Shown: positions 63,148-64,000 of the stretch, one piece after another
How positions within the stretch are numbered: position 1 is the first letter of the stretch
How the letters are laid out: every line of letters starts with the position of its first letter
Source: Iphione sp. A-MEVVRFRX5
Lineage: Eukaryota
Assembly: GCA_976226885.1 (NCBI GenBank)
Contig: OZ320314.1
Span: 60,326,001 to 60,390,000, forward strand
DNA length: 64,000 bases
Direction of reading: 5' to 3'
Notes under the pieces: model-generated
Told to the model about the DNA's origin: nothing
The model's database searches: none
The model's input: only the letters and a program-made list of their open reading frames with translations
Position numbers and translations under genes: made by a program

Positions 63148-63819
63148 AAATTGCCAGTCGAAATGTATTGTGTTCCCATGTATCAGTTCTTATTTTTTAA
63201 TTTCTGAGTGTATATACGTTGATTCAATCTAAAATAATAAAACAATGATACGTCAGTACACCTGTCAGACTCCTTATTATGTAATCTTTTCACAGCTTGA
63301 AAAAACGCAGGCAGGTTCAGTCAGTCGTGGTCTCACACCTCCAAACCCGAATCCAAACAGTAACATTAGTGATAGATACATACCGAGTAGAGCATTGTAC
63401 GCGATATAGGGCTATAGAGAAAAAAAGATGGCAGCCGTGCTTTAAGTTCTCTTACTTTAGGAGGTCACAGCCCACATGTTGCTCTCATGTAATCGATTCG
63501 CACGTCTCTGATGCCTGAGGTCGTAGCATGCTTTTTGCTCTTATGTAACTGTTTTGCACGTCTGTATTTGACTTTAAGCTGTGTCAGACAAGATTCATCT
63601 GGTAAATTTAGTGTATTTTCTATGTTAAATTATTTTAAATGGCCATAAATTTTGTATGAATAAGGAATGCAAATTTCCGGTTAACTGATACATTTTATAC
63701 AGAGAACCACTTCGTTATTTAAAATCATTACGGTTAGGGAAGAATTCCAGTTGTTGTGGCTCTGGTTGGCGAGGTTCATCTGTACATGGTTCAAAAAGAG
63801 AAATTTCTAGTTGTTATGG

Positions 63820-64000
63820 ATAATATAAGACTATCAATAGAATTGTTTGATATAAGAAGTTTATTTACAAACTTAGAGGAAATGAAAACAGACATACTTG
63901 ATAACAACTACGATATACATGTACTTGTTTTGGTTGAGTCATAGCTAAAGCCAGCAATACCGGATGAAGCTATCTCTATTGAAAACTATGATCTATTCAG
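63820..64000 (+). mobile_element. Start of another degenerate LINE (APE endonuclease N-terminus), running off the window
   Basis: IRSLFTNLEEMK..I....DIHVLVLVES*LKPAIPDEAISIENYDLF matches the APE N-terminal pattern NxRSL...ETWL...Y.LFR. Confidence 0.7.

Larger units (their letters stand above)
57457..63408 (+). mobile_element. Second Crypton-like YR element, expanded by nested insertions
   Basis: 32-bp direct repeats (57457-57488, 63377-63408; 3 mismatches) bracket a split DUF3504/YR gene. Confidence 0.75.

Overview
Eukaryotic, transposon-rich genomic DNA with spliceosomal introns and one 204-N gap. The repeat content resembles a marine invertebrate, but the species cannot be determined. The only host gene I can identify is the 3' part of a tRNA dimethylallyltransferase (TRIT1/MiaA/MOD5 family). 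It has eight + strand GT-AG exons at 40133-47092 with consistent phases, encoding 393 aa; its N-terminal P-loop exons were not found in the window. Three tyrosine-recombinase (YR) elements are present. (1) A near-intact Ngaro-type DIRS-order retrotransposon (48356-53046, - strand) with a complete split-direct-repeat A1-gag-RT/RNaseH-YR-B1-A2-B2 layout, an array of GTCTC-TT-GAGAC palindromes at its 3' end, and an insertion point inside an old LINE. (2) A Crypton-like YR gene (24435-26213) with only two lesions, an unannotated N-terminal beta-rich module and a flanking 89-nt imperfect hairpin. (3) A second, decayed Crypton-like gene (57701-63147) bounded by 32-bp direct repeats and an 89-nt terminal hairpin, whose intron holds two Tc1/mariner-type MITEs and a LINE. 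The window also contains several PIF/Harbinger- and Tc1/mariner-type MITEs (some carrying tandem arrays), a tRNA-derived SINE head, LINE fragments, perfect palindromes and microsatellites. All calls come from manual reading and translation; no database searches were run.
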